Below, piece after piece: positions 1 to 9,287 of a stretch of DNA of 64,000 nucleotides. The position numbers and the translations under genes are program-made. Numbering within the stretch: the stretch's first letter is position 1; each line of letters opens with the position of its first letter. This DNA comes from a virus. Under the pieces are notes generated by a model that was given only the letters and a program-made list of their open reading frames with translations, had not been told where the DNA came from and made no database searches. The stretch covers positions 32,001 through 96,000 of the IMG/VR virus record IMGVR_UViG_3300022745_000018. One strand, written 5' to 3'.

Positions 1-410
1 TAGAAACCTTCGATAGATTCCAACACGGAATATCTGCGATCCAAATCCTCAGATTCGTTCAGAGCAATGTCCAGACACTTGACAATCTGATGTTTGGAAT
101 ACATATCATCAAACTCATCAAATTGTTCAACGATAGACTCAGCTAACTCAAGATCGAAATGTTTCGTCTCGTAGCCAAATAGCGCAATTTGACCGGATTC
201 GGTGATTGTGAAATCTGGAGCATCCGATTTTGTTTCTGCTTCCTTCACTTCATTCAACCACTTCTTTTCTTGACCATCTTTACCAACGACAGTAACGTAA
301 TTACTACCGCGGTCAATGATCTTCAATTGTTCGCCGGTTTGGACATCCTCTACCACCTCACCAACCTTGAGGATTTCGCCAGCCAAATACCGTTCTCTTA
401 ATGTTGTCAT
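1..410 (-). CDS. Hypothetical phage protein, truncated by window edge
   Basis: Open frame read manually from ATG at 410 (MTTLRERYLAGEILKVGEVVEDVQTGE...) running off base 1; co-oriented with gp16. Confidence 0.55.
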   Translation of the reverse strand, partial: MTTLRERYLAGEILKVGEVVEDVQTGEQLKIIDRGSNYVTVVGKDGQEKKWLNEVKEAETKSDAPDFTITESGQIALFGYETKHFDLELAESIVEQFDEFDDMYSKHQIVKCLDIALNESEDLDRRYSVLESIEGF

Positions 411-445
411 ATCAGCTTTATCTTGCATAAAAGATTCTGTTCAAT

Positions 446-925
446 TTATTTAGGTTCAACATCAATGACGCTGTCTGGGTCATCGGTGGTTGGTAGTGTC
501 TTCAACCAATCACCAAGTTCTTTAGTTGAACCGACAAAGACCGTCGTGTTATTCTGAACCATTTGCGTCGGTGTACCATCTGGTTGTTTCTGTTGGTTTG
601 GTTTATGAGCAACTTCAAGATCCAACAATTGGACATTCGTATCAGCCAATGTTCTAATCAATCCACCAAGAACTTCAAAGTCTCGAGATTTCTCAGTTGC
701 GTTCGCAATTGTCTGAAGATCAGACAAAGCAGTCATACCAACCTCAAGCAGTTTGACGATGTTACCTTTAACATATTCACGTTGAGATTCCAAACTATCG
801 ATTGAATCTGCGATAGCACTGGTGCGGACATCGGCTAACGACCGTTCTTCATCCAAGACAGTAGATGGTTCTGTGCCGAAAATCTCGGACAGTTTGTTAT
901 TCATTTTTGGGGTCATGGTGTCCAA
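446..925 (-). CDS. gp16: Terminase small subunit (T4 gp16-like)
   Basis: C-terminal NNTTVFVGSTKEL motif typical of gp16; directly downstream of gp15. Confidence 0.8.
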   Translation of the reverse strand: MDTMTPKMNNKLSEIFGTEPSTVLDEERSLADVRTSAIADSIDSLESQREYVKGNIVKLLEVGMTALSDLQTIANATEKSRDFEVLGGLIRTLADTNVQLLDLEVAHKPNQQKQPDGTPTQMVQNNTTVFVGSTKELGDWLKTLPTTDDPDSVIDVEPK

Positions 926-1689
926 CTTTCATGAACTGTATGCGGATCATTAGAATCGGCAACAAACGGATCAATCTCAGCAATGAATTGAGAAGTTCCA
1001 TTGACGTCAACGATGACTCGTTTAATGACTCCCTGGACTGGACCTTCGTCGGGGAAATGATTCCCCGTGTCCATAACATCTTCTTCACCAAATAGCGGAC
1101 CGTAAATCAGAGCACGCATAGTGAATGAATATGTAGAAATGATGTATCTACGTTCCTCGTATGATCCATCATATTGATCATCAGAAGTAACTGAATTGAG
1201 GATTAGAGGAATGTCCAAGACCACTTCAGGATCTTTGATCATCTTGATCCGCAAATTCATATCTGGTCCAAAGAACGGAAGAATCTGTTCCATGATCTTG
1301 AGATTATCCTCAAGAGTCTTTGTGTAAGAATACAAATTGAATGTGATATTGTATGGCACCGGAGCAAATGTCTTGATCTGCGTGCCATCTGTTCTGAAAC
1401 AGAGTTTCTTATTCAGTTTATTAAGTTGACGTGAACTGTCATAATCGTAGCTGACGATTTCGTAACTCAATCTGGGTAACGAAATCTCTACGTCTTCTTG
1501 CAGAGAAGGGTCTTGTTGGAGTCTGGTTATGAACTTTTCTTTCTGAGCGAAAGCAATTGGTACTTTGACGATCTTCCTAGTCGCACCAGTGTCATCCTTC
1601 GTTCTAATCATAAGATTGTTGAACAAACCACCGAAAGCAACAATCAGTTTCCTAATTGTGCCATGGTAGAAAGGATTTGTAGTGATCAT
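913..1689 (-). CDS. gp15: Tail terminator / sheath stabiliser (gp15-like)
   Basis: FYHGTIRKLIVAFGGLFN, KVPIAFAQKEKF, LPRLSYEI, PVPYNITFNL, EQILPFF motifs. Confidence 0.9.
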   Translation of the reverse strand: MITTNPFYHGTIRKLIVAFGGLFNNLMIRTKDDTGATRKIVKVPIAFAQKEKFITRLQQDPSLQEDVEISLPRLSYEIVSYDYDSSRQLNKLNKKLCFRTDGTQIKTFAPVPYNITFNLYSYTKTLEDNLKIMEQILPFFGPDMNLRIKMIKDPEVVLDIPLILNSVTSDDQYDGSYEERRYIISTYSFTMRALIYGPLFGEEDVMDTGNHFPDEGPVQGVIKRVIVDVNGTSQFIAEIDPFVADSNDPHTVHESWTP

Positions 1690-1692
1690 CTA

Positions 1693-2427
1693 TTATTTAC
1701 CAGCCAAAGGATTCTTCTTAGAGAAATCCATGATATCCAAGAACTCTTGTTTCAGTTCGTCATCGTCACCAAAACCAAGAACGTCGTCGTATGGGATAGC
1801 AGATGTATATGCTGGATCTGTAACGAATTCTGGTGGAGGAGTACCAACATCAAGCTTGGTATTCAAACGATCCATATTCTTTCCAAACACACTATCCACA
1901 GGAGCATACCCAGTGTTGAACGTTTCGTTGTTCAACTGTGTCAATTCACAACGCAGTTCCCATACATACTTCTTATTTAATTGGTAGAAACTAGGTTCTT
2001 CGTCTTCAACGAATTTGATTTCAAACAGAGATTGCGAATTTGGGATGTAAATAAGATCACCCTCATTTGGTCTCCATTTAACCGTAGCATTCCGTGAAGA
2101 TGGTACGATCGGTACAACGACATCAGTAAATCGTTTGCGAGCGATGATCATCGTACAGGTATCTCGAACTTCAAGACCGAACTTAGCGATCATTTCACCT
2201 TCACCACCATACCCAGTGTAGTCACCAATCCAACATTCAACAATCGCATGAGAATCGAACGATGAAAGATTGTCCTCTCCCAGGACTTGATCTAGTTTAC
2301 CCAGAGTCCTCGGTAAATAGACGCAATCAACACCAGCGATCTGAATTGACTCAATCGCCATCTGTTCTACGATGTTCTGCTCAGACGGTACACCAATCTG
2401 AGCTTGAAAGTACGGGTTTAGTGCCAT
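1693..2427 (-). CDS. gp14: Neck protein (gp14-like)
   Basis: NPYF...EQ...ESIQIAG..YLPR, KFGLEVRD, RPNEGDLIY, LFEIKFVE motifs. Confidence 0.9.
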   Translation of the reverse strand: MALNPYFQAQIGVPSEQNIVEQMAIESIQIAGVDCVYLPRTLGKLDQVLGEDNLSSFDSHAIVECWIGDYTGYGGEGEMIAKFGLEVRDTCTMIIARKRFTDVVVPIVPSSRNATVKWRPNEGDLIYIPNSQSLFEIKFVEDEEPSFYQLNKKYVWELRCELTQLNNETFNTGYAPVDSVFGKNMDRLNTKLDVGTPPPEFVTDPAYTSAIPYDDVLGFGDDDELKQEFLDIMDFSKKNPLAGK

Positions 2428-3023
2428 TATTGCTTCTTAGGAGGGCGTGAACCGAACCACCATGTAGAACATGTAGTGAAGACGTATGTAATGGTACTAA
2501 TGATCTGCAGTTGAATCTGCATTGCTTGATCAGCTGTCATGTAGACACCATACTTTGAACTCAGATCCTTTACCCAAAGGAACATCATTGTAACCAAGAT
2601 GCATAGATAGATCGTCATTCCCGGGCGAAGGATGCCGCGAACAAAATCAACAATACCCATCATTAGAACAACGGCTGCACCAGCGAAACCTGGTCGCTTC
2701 TGCGATTCGGGTGCTAAGTATTTTGCAGTATCATTCTCGAAACTGGCGGAGAACATCTTTGCATCGGCATCTGCTTCAGCCACACCAATCGCTGCATCTT
2801 TATTACTTGACGCGATCGCTTCGTCTGCCTCTGCTCGTCTTTTCGCCGATTCAGATTCGATAGTCGCCAATTGGATGGAATTTGCATGATTCAACTTCAA
2901 TGTTTCGATGTCTTGATTTCGATGCTGATAATCGAAATACCGCTGAATCAACACACCGATCAAGCCAGTGGCTCCACCGGAAAAAATACCACCAACTATA
3001 GTACCAACAATTTCACCAACCAT
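2427..3023 (-). CDS. Putative holin-like 3-TM membrane protein
   Basis: Hydrophobic segments, VRGILRP and terminal WWFGSR motifs; adjacent to endolysin. Confidence 0.6.
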   Translation of the reverse strand: MVGEIVGTIVGGIFSGGATGLIGVLIQRYFDYQHRNQDIETLKLNHANSIQLATIESESAKRRAEADEAIASSNKDAAIGVAEADADAKMFSASFENDTAKYLAPESQKRPGFAGAAVVLMMGIVDFVRGILRPGMTIYLCILVTMMFLWVKDLSSKYGVYMTADQAMQIQLQIISTITYVFTTCSTWWFGSRPPKKQ

Positions 3024-3027
3024 TTTA

Positions 3028-3597
3028 TCACCCCAACAAAATCAATGCTCTAGTGTACAGCGATTGACGATCAGCCAAACCATTGTACCCACCGTTAATT
3101 CTTCTAGTGAGTTCACCGAAGTTATCAATGAACTTATTCAAATTCTTTCTACGCCAATACAAACCAGCAGAGACAGCCGCCCAAAACGGTTTCTCCAGTT
3201 CCTCAGGATGTTCTTCGAAATCAGGAACTTGAACTTTCATTACCTGAACGGCATAAGCACCAAGATCTCTGTAATTGCTTCTACCAGTGATCTGAATGAA
3301 TCCTCTACCATAGTACCGTTTACCATCACCGCTCGTGGTATTACCAAGTCTCTTCGACAAACTCGTCACTGGTTCATATCTGATTTGAGCAGAAGTTGGA
3401 CCCCAAATCTCTTTCATGAAAAGCAATCTACCAGATTCATGACCAATTTGCGCTAGAAAAGCAGCACACTGCTCAACAGTTTCGATCTGCGCAACGGTCA
3501 TTGCAATTCTCAATGGATTGACGAACACAGAACTAACCCTTCGGCCATACAATGACTGAAGGATTTCTGGTGTAATCCGATTGACGATATCTGACAT
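3028..3597 (-). CDS. Endolysin, glycoside hydrolase family 19
   Basis: AAFLAQIGHESG, YYGRGFIQITGRSNY, TRRINGGYNGLADR. Confidence 0.9.
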   Translation of the reverse strand: MSDIVNRITPEILQSLYGRRVSSVFVNPLRIAMTVAQIETVEQCAAFLAQIGHESGRLLFMKEIWGPTSAQIRYEPVTSLSKRLGNTTSGDGKRYYGRGFIQITGRSNYRDLGAYAVQVMKVQVPDFEEHPEELEKPFWAAVSAGLYWRRKNLNKFIDNFGELTRRINGGYNGLADRQSLYTRALILLG

Positions 3598-4046
3598 TAG
3601 TACTTACTTACAGATTCTGAAATTTGTTTCGAGGACGTAAATCCTTTTGTGTACATCTCGGCTGCTTTTTCTAGGAACTTTGCACCAGAGAAACTGGCCA
3701 TGATGACTGTAGCCAATTCCCACCAAACACTGAACTCATTGTGTCTGGAAATAGCAAACATCAGTACACCAGCCAAGAAACTTCCTAGCATATGGCTTGT
3801 CGCAAACAACCCAATTCTACTGATTCCGGTAGCTTTGCGCTTCATTTCTGAATCCAGACGGATAACAAGAGCAGTCGCACCAGATAGAATAGCAACACCG
3901 GCCATCACCAAGACTTGCGTCATGCTGATATTAGCGAAAGGATCTGGTGGAGTAGTCGCTACTGCGGCACTAACGGCCATAGGCCATAGGAAAAACAGTA
4001 AGATTTTAGCAATGGCGATTTTTCTAATGAAGTTGTTCTTCTGCAT
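3597..4046 (-). CDS. Multi-pass membrane protein, putative holin
   Basis: 3-4 hydrophobic helices; immediately upstream of endolysin. Confidence 0.55.
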   Translation of the reverse strand: MQKNNFIRKIAIAKILLFFLWPMAVSAAVATTPPDPFANISMTQVLVMAGVAILSGATALVIRLDSEMKRKATGISRIGLFATSHMLGSFLAGVLMFAISRHNEFSVWWELATVIMASFSGAKFLEKAAEMYTKGFTSSKQISESVSKY

Positions 4047-4485
4047 GTTTGTCTTCAAAGCAATTCGTCATCTTTACAAAGATGTCATACCCAGCAATGA
4101 TGGTGGCAATTACCCCATCGAGAAAATATCGAGCTATTGACAACGAGTTAAGGTCTTTGATCGTCAAAACAATCGCCGAGGTAACCAAACATATGAATAG
4201 CGCTAAAACCATGTAGATGACATGTCTATTATGCGATATGCTATCTACTACATATTTATTTAGAGATCTGAAGTCCGATGTAAGGGTATCGTATAACCCA
4301 ATCGCGATAACGATAAAGAACGATGATAGAATCGTTGTTGTACTAGACGATATCGCCTCATTAAAGAAATGGTGACCAAATGTGCTGTCGTAGAACAAAC
4401 TAACAACGGTAAATAACATGCTCATCAGAAGGTATAATCTGACACATGTGTATGCATGCCAATGATTCTGTTTACCCATATTCAT
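4024..4485 (-). CDS. 4-TM membrane protein of lysis cassette
   Basis: Four hydrophobic segments; start uncertain. Confidence 0.5.
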   Translation of the reverse strand: MNMGKQNHWHAYTCVRLYLLMSMLFTVVSLFYDSTFGHHFFNEAISSSTTTILSSFFIVIAIGLYDTLTSDFRSLNKYVVDSISHNRHVIYMVLALFICLVTSAIVLTIKDLNSLSIARYFLDGVIATIIAGYDIFVKMTNCFEDKHAEEQLH

Positions 4486-4489
4486 TTCA

Positions 4490-5440
4490 TTACCCCAAGA
4501 AGCCGATAGGTGGAAGTTCATAAGTGTCTCTAATTTCATTTTCTGCTGACTGAATCTCAGCCTCCGCTTGTGCCATCAAAGTACTAGCATCAATCGTCAC
4601 TCCACCCAACAACTGAATGTTTTGGTACTTAGATGTATTGGATGCCCATTGTTTCTTTATCACAGCCGTCACTAATTTCTTCAATAGACGGTCATTGTAA
4701 ATCTTCACATATGTATCTGGATCAAGAATGCGATATGTTTCAAACACGATCGTCGTCCCAATCGTGAAACCCGACATATCAGTATCCAAATAGATACGAT
4801 TCATTTTCTGGTTGAAATTGATCTGTGGAAGAGGTCTAATTGTTTTATCGACCAATTCCATGTATTCACGGACTTGTTCATAGTAGATCAACGATGACGA
4901 ACCCAATGTCGATAATTGGCTTGTTAGATTGAACATCGGATCGAACAAGAAGTTCTGTGACGAGTAGTTTGGAGTCCACGGAACTGCTCTAATGACACCA
5001 GTTACTAATGGCGACACCGAAACATACCCGTTTTCCGTATCACCCTGTACTTTCAATAGAAACGTTGTGGTGAATCCTGTCTGATTTGTCAGTGTTTCGT
5101 TAAGAACTAACGATTGACCAGAAGCACCAATTGGAGAAAATACTCCATTGGTAATGGCGATAGTCGGTGTTTTCATGTCATCGACTATGAAGTAATTACC
5201 GTTAGCCGCCGTCACTTTATCACCCTTCTGCAATCCAGAAGTACTCATGGTGATCTCCGTACCAGTGATTACGTGTTTCAACCAAACGCGCTCAGTTGCA
5301 TCGTAATGGAAGTCTTGGAAAAACTGTAGAGCATCATCAACTCTATCTTGAACTTGAGTCATGTCAACTTCAATGTTGATGACTGGTGCACCTAACTTCC
5401 GTAGTGCATATTCAATCAACTTCTGTCGTGTATCAATCAT
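4490..5440 (-). CDS. gp13: Neck protein (gp13-like)
   Basis: YALRKLGAPVINIEV, DDALQFFQDFHYD, KKQWASN..KY..IQLLGGVT, C-terminal PPIGFLG. Confidence 0.92.
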   Translation of the reverse strand: MIDTRQKLIEYALRKLGAPVINIEVDMTQVQDRVDDALQFFQDFHYDATERVWLKHVITGTEITMSTSGLQKGDKVTAANGNYFIVDDMKTPTIAITNGVFSPIGASGQSLVLNETLTNQTGFTTTFLLKVQGDTENGYVSVSPLVTGVIRAVPWTPNYSSQNFLFDPMFNLTSQLSTLGSSSLIYYEQVREYMELVDKTIRPLPQINFNQKMNRIYLDTDMSGFTIGTTIVFETYRILDPDTYVKIYNDRLLKKLVTAVIKKQWASNTSKYQNIQLLGGVTIDASTLMAQAEAEIQSAENEIRDTYELPPIGFLG

Positions 5441-5979
5441 CTATTTACCTGTATGCCTGTCTGTAGAACAAAATACGAATCGACGATATCGGTTAGTGGT
5501 GCCGGGATCTTTTCCAGATCTTGGTGGATGTTGAACCAAGAGAAGATGTCTTCACCAGTTTTTTCAATGAAAGCTTTTGCCATATCACCCTTCTTGGCAT
5601 TACCTTTGCCGGTGGAGGCTTTCTTGATTTCTGTTGGAGCCAACGTGACGATTGGGATATTTAACTCGTAAAGAGACTGTTTCATGACCGAAGTTGCTTC
5701 TGCGATATTGAGCAGCATCCCAGAACCACCAAATGCATATGCTTCAATGTACGCTTTCTCCACGGTACCCAATTTCAGAACGGCATCAAGTAAGGTATTA
5801 CATAGCTTCGAATATCGTTCTTCTGGAGTTTTCCATTCCGGTAATTCCAATAGAGTCACCTTTTTCGACCAACAATCTTGCTTCTTCTTTTGCTTAAATG
5901 CAAAATGTAAAATCTCGTTAACATCCGTTTTCACCGTAATTGCTGGTGAAGAGATGGAATAATCAATACCGATGATCAT
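5437..5979 (-). CDS. RuvC-like Holliday junction resolvase
   Basis: IIGIDYS, IEAYAF, PTEIKK..TGKGNAKK, DIVDS catalytic pattern. Confidence 0.8.
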   Translation of the reverse strand: MIIGIDYSISSPAITVKTDVNEILHFAFKQKKKQDCWSKKVTLLELPEWKTPEERYSKLCNTLLDAVLKLGTVEKAYIEAYAFGGSGMLLNIAEATSVMKQSLYELNIPIVTLAPTEIKKASTGKGNAKKGDMAKAFIEKTGEDIFSWFNIHQDLEKIPAPLTDIVDSYFVLQTGIQVNR

Positions 5980-6185
5980 TTGTATGATATCTCAATGGTA
6001 TGAATCGCGGAAATCGGTGTAGTGAAAGTTAATGTGTTACCAACGAATGTATATGAATTCTTGAATTGGTATACCCCATCAATGAAGACATCGTCCGAAC
6101 CAGTTGCCCTTGAAACTGTCGTGTAAACTGTCCCACCATTTGCAGCGATTCGTTCAGCCGAACTATGATTGCCTAAATATTTCAT
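5976..6185 (-). CDS. Small beta-rich virion-module protein
   Basis: VFIDGVYQ..YT...TLTF pattern also seen in tailspike 40495-43131; ATAAATA-like element upstream. Confidence 0.5.
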   Translation of the reverse strand: MKYLGNHSSAERIAANGGTVYTTVSRATGSDDVFIDGVYQFKNSYTFVGNTLTFTTPISAIHTIEISYK

Positions 6186-6255
6186 GATTTGTTACTAACC
6201 GGTATGTGTTTGCTGTTGTATTTATCATAGAACGGTTTAGTAAGGAGATGCTAAA

Positions 6256-6291
6256 ATGGTCCGGAAGCACGAAAATGCACTTCCAGACCAT
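6256..6291 (-). terminator. Stem-loop, probable terminator
   Basis: ATGGTCCGGAAG...CTTCCAGACCAT inverted repeat downstream of 6318-6707. Confidence 0.45.
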
Positions 6292-6317
6292 CTAGATTAG
6301 AATCTTATATGGTTCTA

Positions 6318-6707
6318 TTAGCTTGCGGTGATAATGACACCATCTCCCTCAGATTCATGGATATCTGCGGCATACATCAACATCCCGCTCAAAATCTCCG
6401 ACAAAGCCAAGTTTGCACTATTGCATAAAGTCGAACCTGGTTGATTTGCTTTGATGATGTCAATGAAGCCGATGCAGTCTAAAAACAAGTCTTTACTGAA
6501 AACCAAATCAAACACAATCACATAATCGCAATCAACATTGGGGTTTTCGATAACGAACTCTCTACCAGCAGCAAGAATTCCCTTCAGAGTCTCTGTTGTT
6601 AGATCATCGCATACTTCTCGGAATGTACCGACTTCGGACAAACCGGCATCAGTTTTCTTAAAGAACGTTCCATTGACATACTGTTGGCCGTTGCTATTCA
6701 AAATCAT
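6318..6707 (-). CDS. Hypothetical protein
   Basis: 129-aa ORF tightly packed behind helicase. Confidence 0.55.
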   Translation of the reverse strand: MILNSNGQQYVNGTFFKKTDAGLSEVGTFREVCDDLTTETLKGILAAGREFVIENPNVDCDYVIVFDLVFSKDLFLDCIGFIDIIKANQPGSTLCNSANLALSEILSGMLMYAADIHESEGDGVIITAS

Positions 6708-6716
6708 ATATCACTT

Positions 6717-8111
6717 TCAATCGTAACTAAAATCGTCAAATGTGGTATTCGATTCAGAGATTTTGGATTTCTCCCAGATCTCATCAGAGAACATTTTTCC
6801 GCTACCTTTTTGTGGTTGAGCCTTCTCCACAGATGGGTTGTCCAAATCATACATCCGCATCTTCGAGTAATCGACACCCATCATGAATTTATTAGGGTCA
6901 TCCAATGATTTGTAGCGATTCTTCAACTGTCTGAACATCAATTGTTTCATTTGCTTCAAATCATCCGTGTTAATGATGGCACAGAACCAGTCAGCGATCA
7001 TCGGTGTACCTAGAGATTCGGATGTAGATGTCATGTCGACATCTGTGTTACCTACACCAGAACGGTTTGTCTGAACCGCAGTAATCACGGCGCAATTTGT
7101 TTCAATCGCCAATGCTCGGAGTTCTTCACCAACTGATTTCTGGATCGTGTATGAGTTTGCACCAGACGAAGGTTTGAATTTCTCTGATGCAACAATGCCC
7201 ATGTAGTCCACAATGATCAAATCGGGGACGAAGTTCTGTTTGGTCTTCAAGTCCTGGAGTAATGATCTGAAATGCCCACAATGAGAAGCACCCGTGGGAA
7301 ATTCCTTGATCTTCAGAACACCTCTGCTTTTCTCGATGACTGATTTGAACTTGTTATTGAAAACTGGTTTCGATAACATCTTGAGTGTTTCTGTGTCCAC
7401 ACCCATCATGTTCAAGTCATGACGTAGACCGATTTCAAACTCAGACATCTCAGCGGAGATGTACAAGACGTTGTAACCAGCCAATAGAGCACCAACACTG
7501 AAGTTAGACATCACAAACGATTTGCCGCCGTGAGGTGGTGCCAACAGAATATTGAGAGTCTTCCTCGGGAATCCACCACCAGTGATTTTGTCAAACATCA
7601 CAGACCCGGTAGGGATCCTAGCTTCAACCGAATGATAGTATTCCCAACGGAGTTCGGCTTCAGTCAAGTAATCGTGGCCTACTTGTGTATCGAAACAAAT
7701 AGATAGAGCTTGTGTGAGGATTGATGGGATAGCATCAGGGGTCATCTTGGACTGACCATCCGCAATCAAAACAGATTCTCTTAGAGCATTGTAGATTGCT
7801 TGATCTTTACAGAATTTCTCCGTAGCATCCATGAGATACTTCAGAGATTCAGTAAACTCCACGGTGGAAGAAATGACGTTCTTCAGTCCAGCATACAGTT
7901 CAGCGGAACCTTTGAGATTCTCAATCTCAACCAACAGTGCTTGTTTTGATGGTAAACCATTGTGCTTGGTGAAATACCGCGAATAGATCTTGAAAAGTGC
8001 TTTATCTTCTTTCTGCTGGAAGTACTCATCACGTAGATGAGGCATCACTCGCCTAGCATATTCCTCATTGGTTATAAGCTGTGAAAAAATTAGATCTTCT
8101 GTACGCATCAA
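6717..8111 (-). CDS. gp41: Replicative DnaB-like helicase (gp41)
   Basis: VGHDY, Walker A APPHGGKS, YISAEMSE, IKEFPT, IIVDYM, EELRALA, QTNR, QLKNRY. Confidence 0.93.
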   Translation of the reverse strand: MMRTEDLIFSQLITNEEYARRVMPHLRDEYFQQKEDKALFKIYSRYFTKHNGLPSKQALLVEIENLKGSAELYAGLKNVISSTVEFTESLKYLMDATEKFCKDQAIYNALRESVLIADGQSKMTPDAIPSILTQALSICFDTQVGHDYLTEAELRWEYYHSVEARIPTGSVMFDKITGGGFPRKTLNILLAPPHGGKSFVMSNFSVGALLAGYNVLYISAEMSEFEIGLRHDLNMMGVDTETLKMLSKPVFNNKFKSVIEKSRGVLKIKEFPTGASHCGHFRSLLQDLKTKQNFVPDLIIVDYMGIVASEKFKPSSGANSYTIQKSVGEELRALAIETNCAVITAVQTNRSGVGNTDVDMTSTSESLGTPMIADWFCAIINTDDLKQMKQLMFRQLKNRYKSLDDPNKFMMGVDYSKMRMYDLDNPSVEKAQPQKGSGKMFSDEIWEKSKISESNTTFDDFSYD

Positions 8112-8132
8112 GCGCCTTCATAACAAAATTAA

Positions 8133-8161
8133 ATTGTAATACCGCCGAGCGGACATGTAAA
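8133..8161 (-). promoter_or_regulatory. Sigma70-type promoter TTTACA-N17-TACAAT, overlapped by GCCGAGCGGA hairpin (8144-8176)
   Basis: Direct match; same AAATTTTACA box recurs 7 times upstream of replication/metabolism genes. Confidence 0.7.
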
Positions 8162-8184
8162 ATAATCCGCTCGGCTTCTACCCA

Positions 8185-9246
8185 TCAATTAGACGACGGG
8201 TCGTCCTCAGCTACAAGAGTACCGTGGCTCAGTTGGAATTGTTTCCGTACCCATTCTTTGAATGACGGATTGGAAACAACTTTACCAAGGAACTCTTCGT
8301 TTGCAGTGTCCTTTTCGCGGACTTTACCACCAATGATTTCACCAGTCTCTTTATCAACGAGTTGATACCAACCGTTAGACGGTTTGATGACATGACCAGA
8401 TTCAATAGCCCATTCGAGGATACCAGAATATCGTTGAATGCCGCCCTCAAATGTAACCACAATCGGAATCACTGACTTCTCTTTAACATATCGTGATTTC
8501 TCAACCTTCAACTTGAAGTTCCAACCAACCAGATCTGTACCATCCTTCTCTTGCGACTTACCAATGAAGAAGACCACATCGGAGGATAGCATTCCGCTCG
8601 TCCCACCTGACATGATGGTTTTAGCGAACATACCCTGTTCTTCATAGACGTGTTGAATCGCTAGCAAAGACAAGTCTTTGATTGTTAAGTGCGGTGTAAC
8701 TAAACGCCACAGAGATTTGATCGACTTGGCTCGTGTACCCATGTCAGTTGCAGCAGATTCTTTTTCGGCATCAGAAGTTTCTTTCGTTGATGCAAGATTG
8801 CCGATACTGTCAACCATGAAGATGACTTTCTCACCGCGTTTGATTGCGTCGGCACCAGTCAATTTCTTCATTAGATCGAACTTCAGTTCTTCAACAGAAG
8901 TGATAGGGATATGCAAAACTCTATCTGGAGAGATGCCAGCAGCGACTAAAGTAGCTTCACTGATACCGAATTCGCAATCATACAAGACAAGAATTGCGTC
9001 TTGATGACGTTTTAGATAAGCAGATGCAAGAACGAGAGCATACGTACTCTTAAAATGTCTAGATGGACCAGCCAAGCTAATTAGACCAGAACGGAATCCA
9101 CCATCAATATCGCCAGACAAAGCAACATTGAGTGCATAGATTGGTGTTGGTGTAGTAGACTTATCCACAAACAACGTAGACTGAGACAAGACCTCCGCCT
9201 CTTTGATGGACGAAGCTTTTTTGAGTTTACTCATTAGAGTTGACAT
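8185..9246 (-). CDS. uvsX: RecA-like recombinase UvsX
   Basis: LNVALSG, AGPSRHFKS, YDCEFG, DSIGNLAS.KE, EKSRYVKEKS. Confidence 0.95.
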   Translation of the reverse strand: MSTLMSKLKKASSIKEAEVLSQSTLFVDKSTTPTPIYALNVALSGDIDGGFRSGLISLAGPSRHFKSTYALVLASAYLKRHQDAILVLYDCEFGISEATLVAAGISPDRVLHIPITSVEELKFDLMKKLTGADAIKRGEKVIFMVDSIGNLASTKETSDAEKESAATDMGTRAKSIKSLWRLVTPHLTIKDLSLLAIQHVYEEQGMFAKTIMSGGTSGMLSSDVVFFIGKSQEKDGTDLVGWNFKLKVEKSRYVKEKSVIPIVVTFEGGIQRYSGILEWAIESGHVIKPSNGWYQLVDKETGEIIGGKVREKDTANEEFLGKVVSNPSFKEWVRKQFQLSHGTLVAEDDPSSN

Positions 9247-9287
9247 ATATGTTTCCTTTTGTGAAAAATTGTAATGTAAATGTTACT

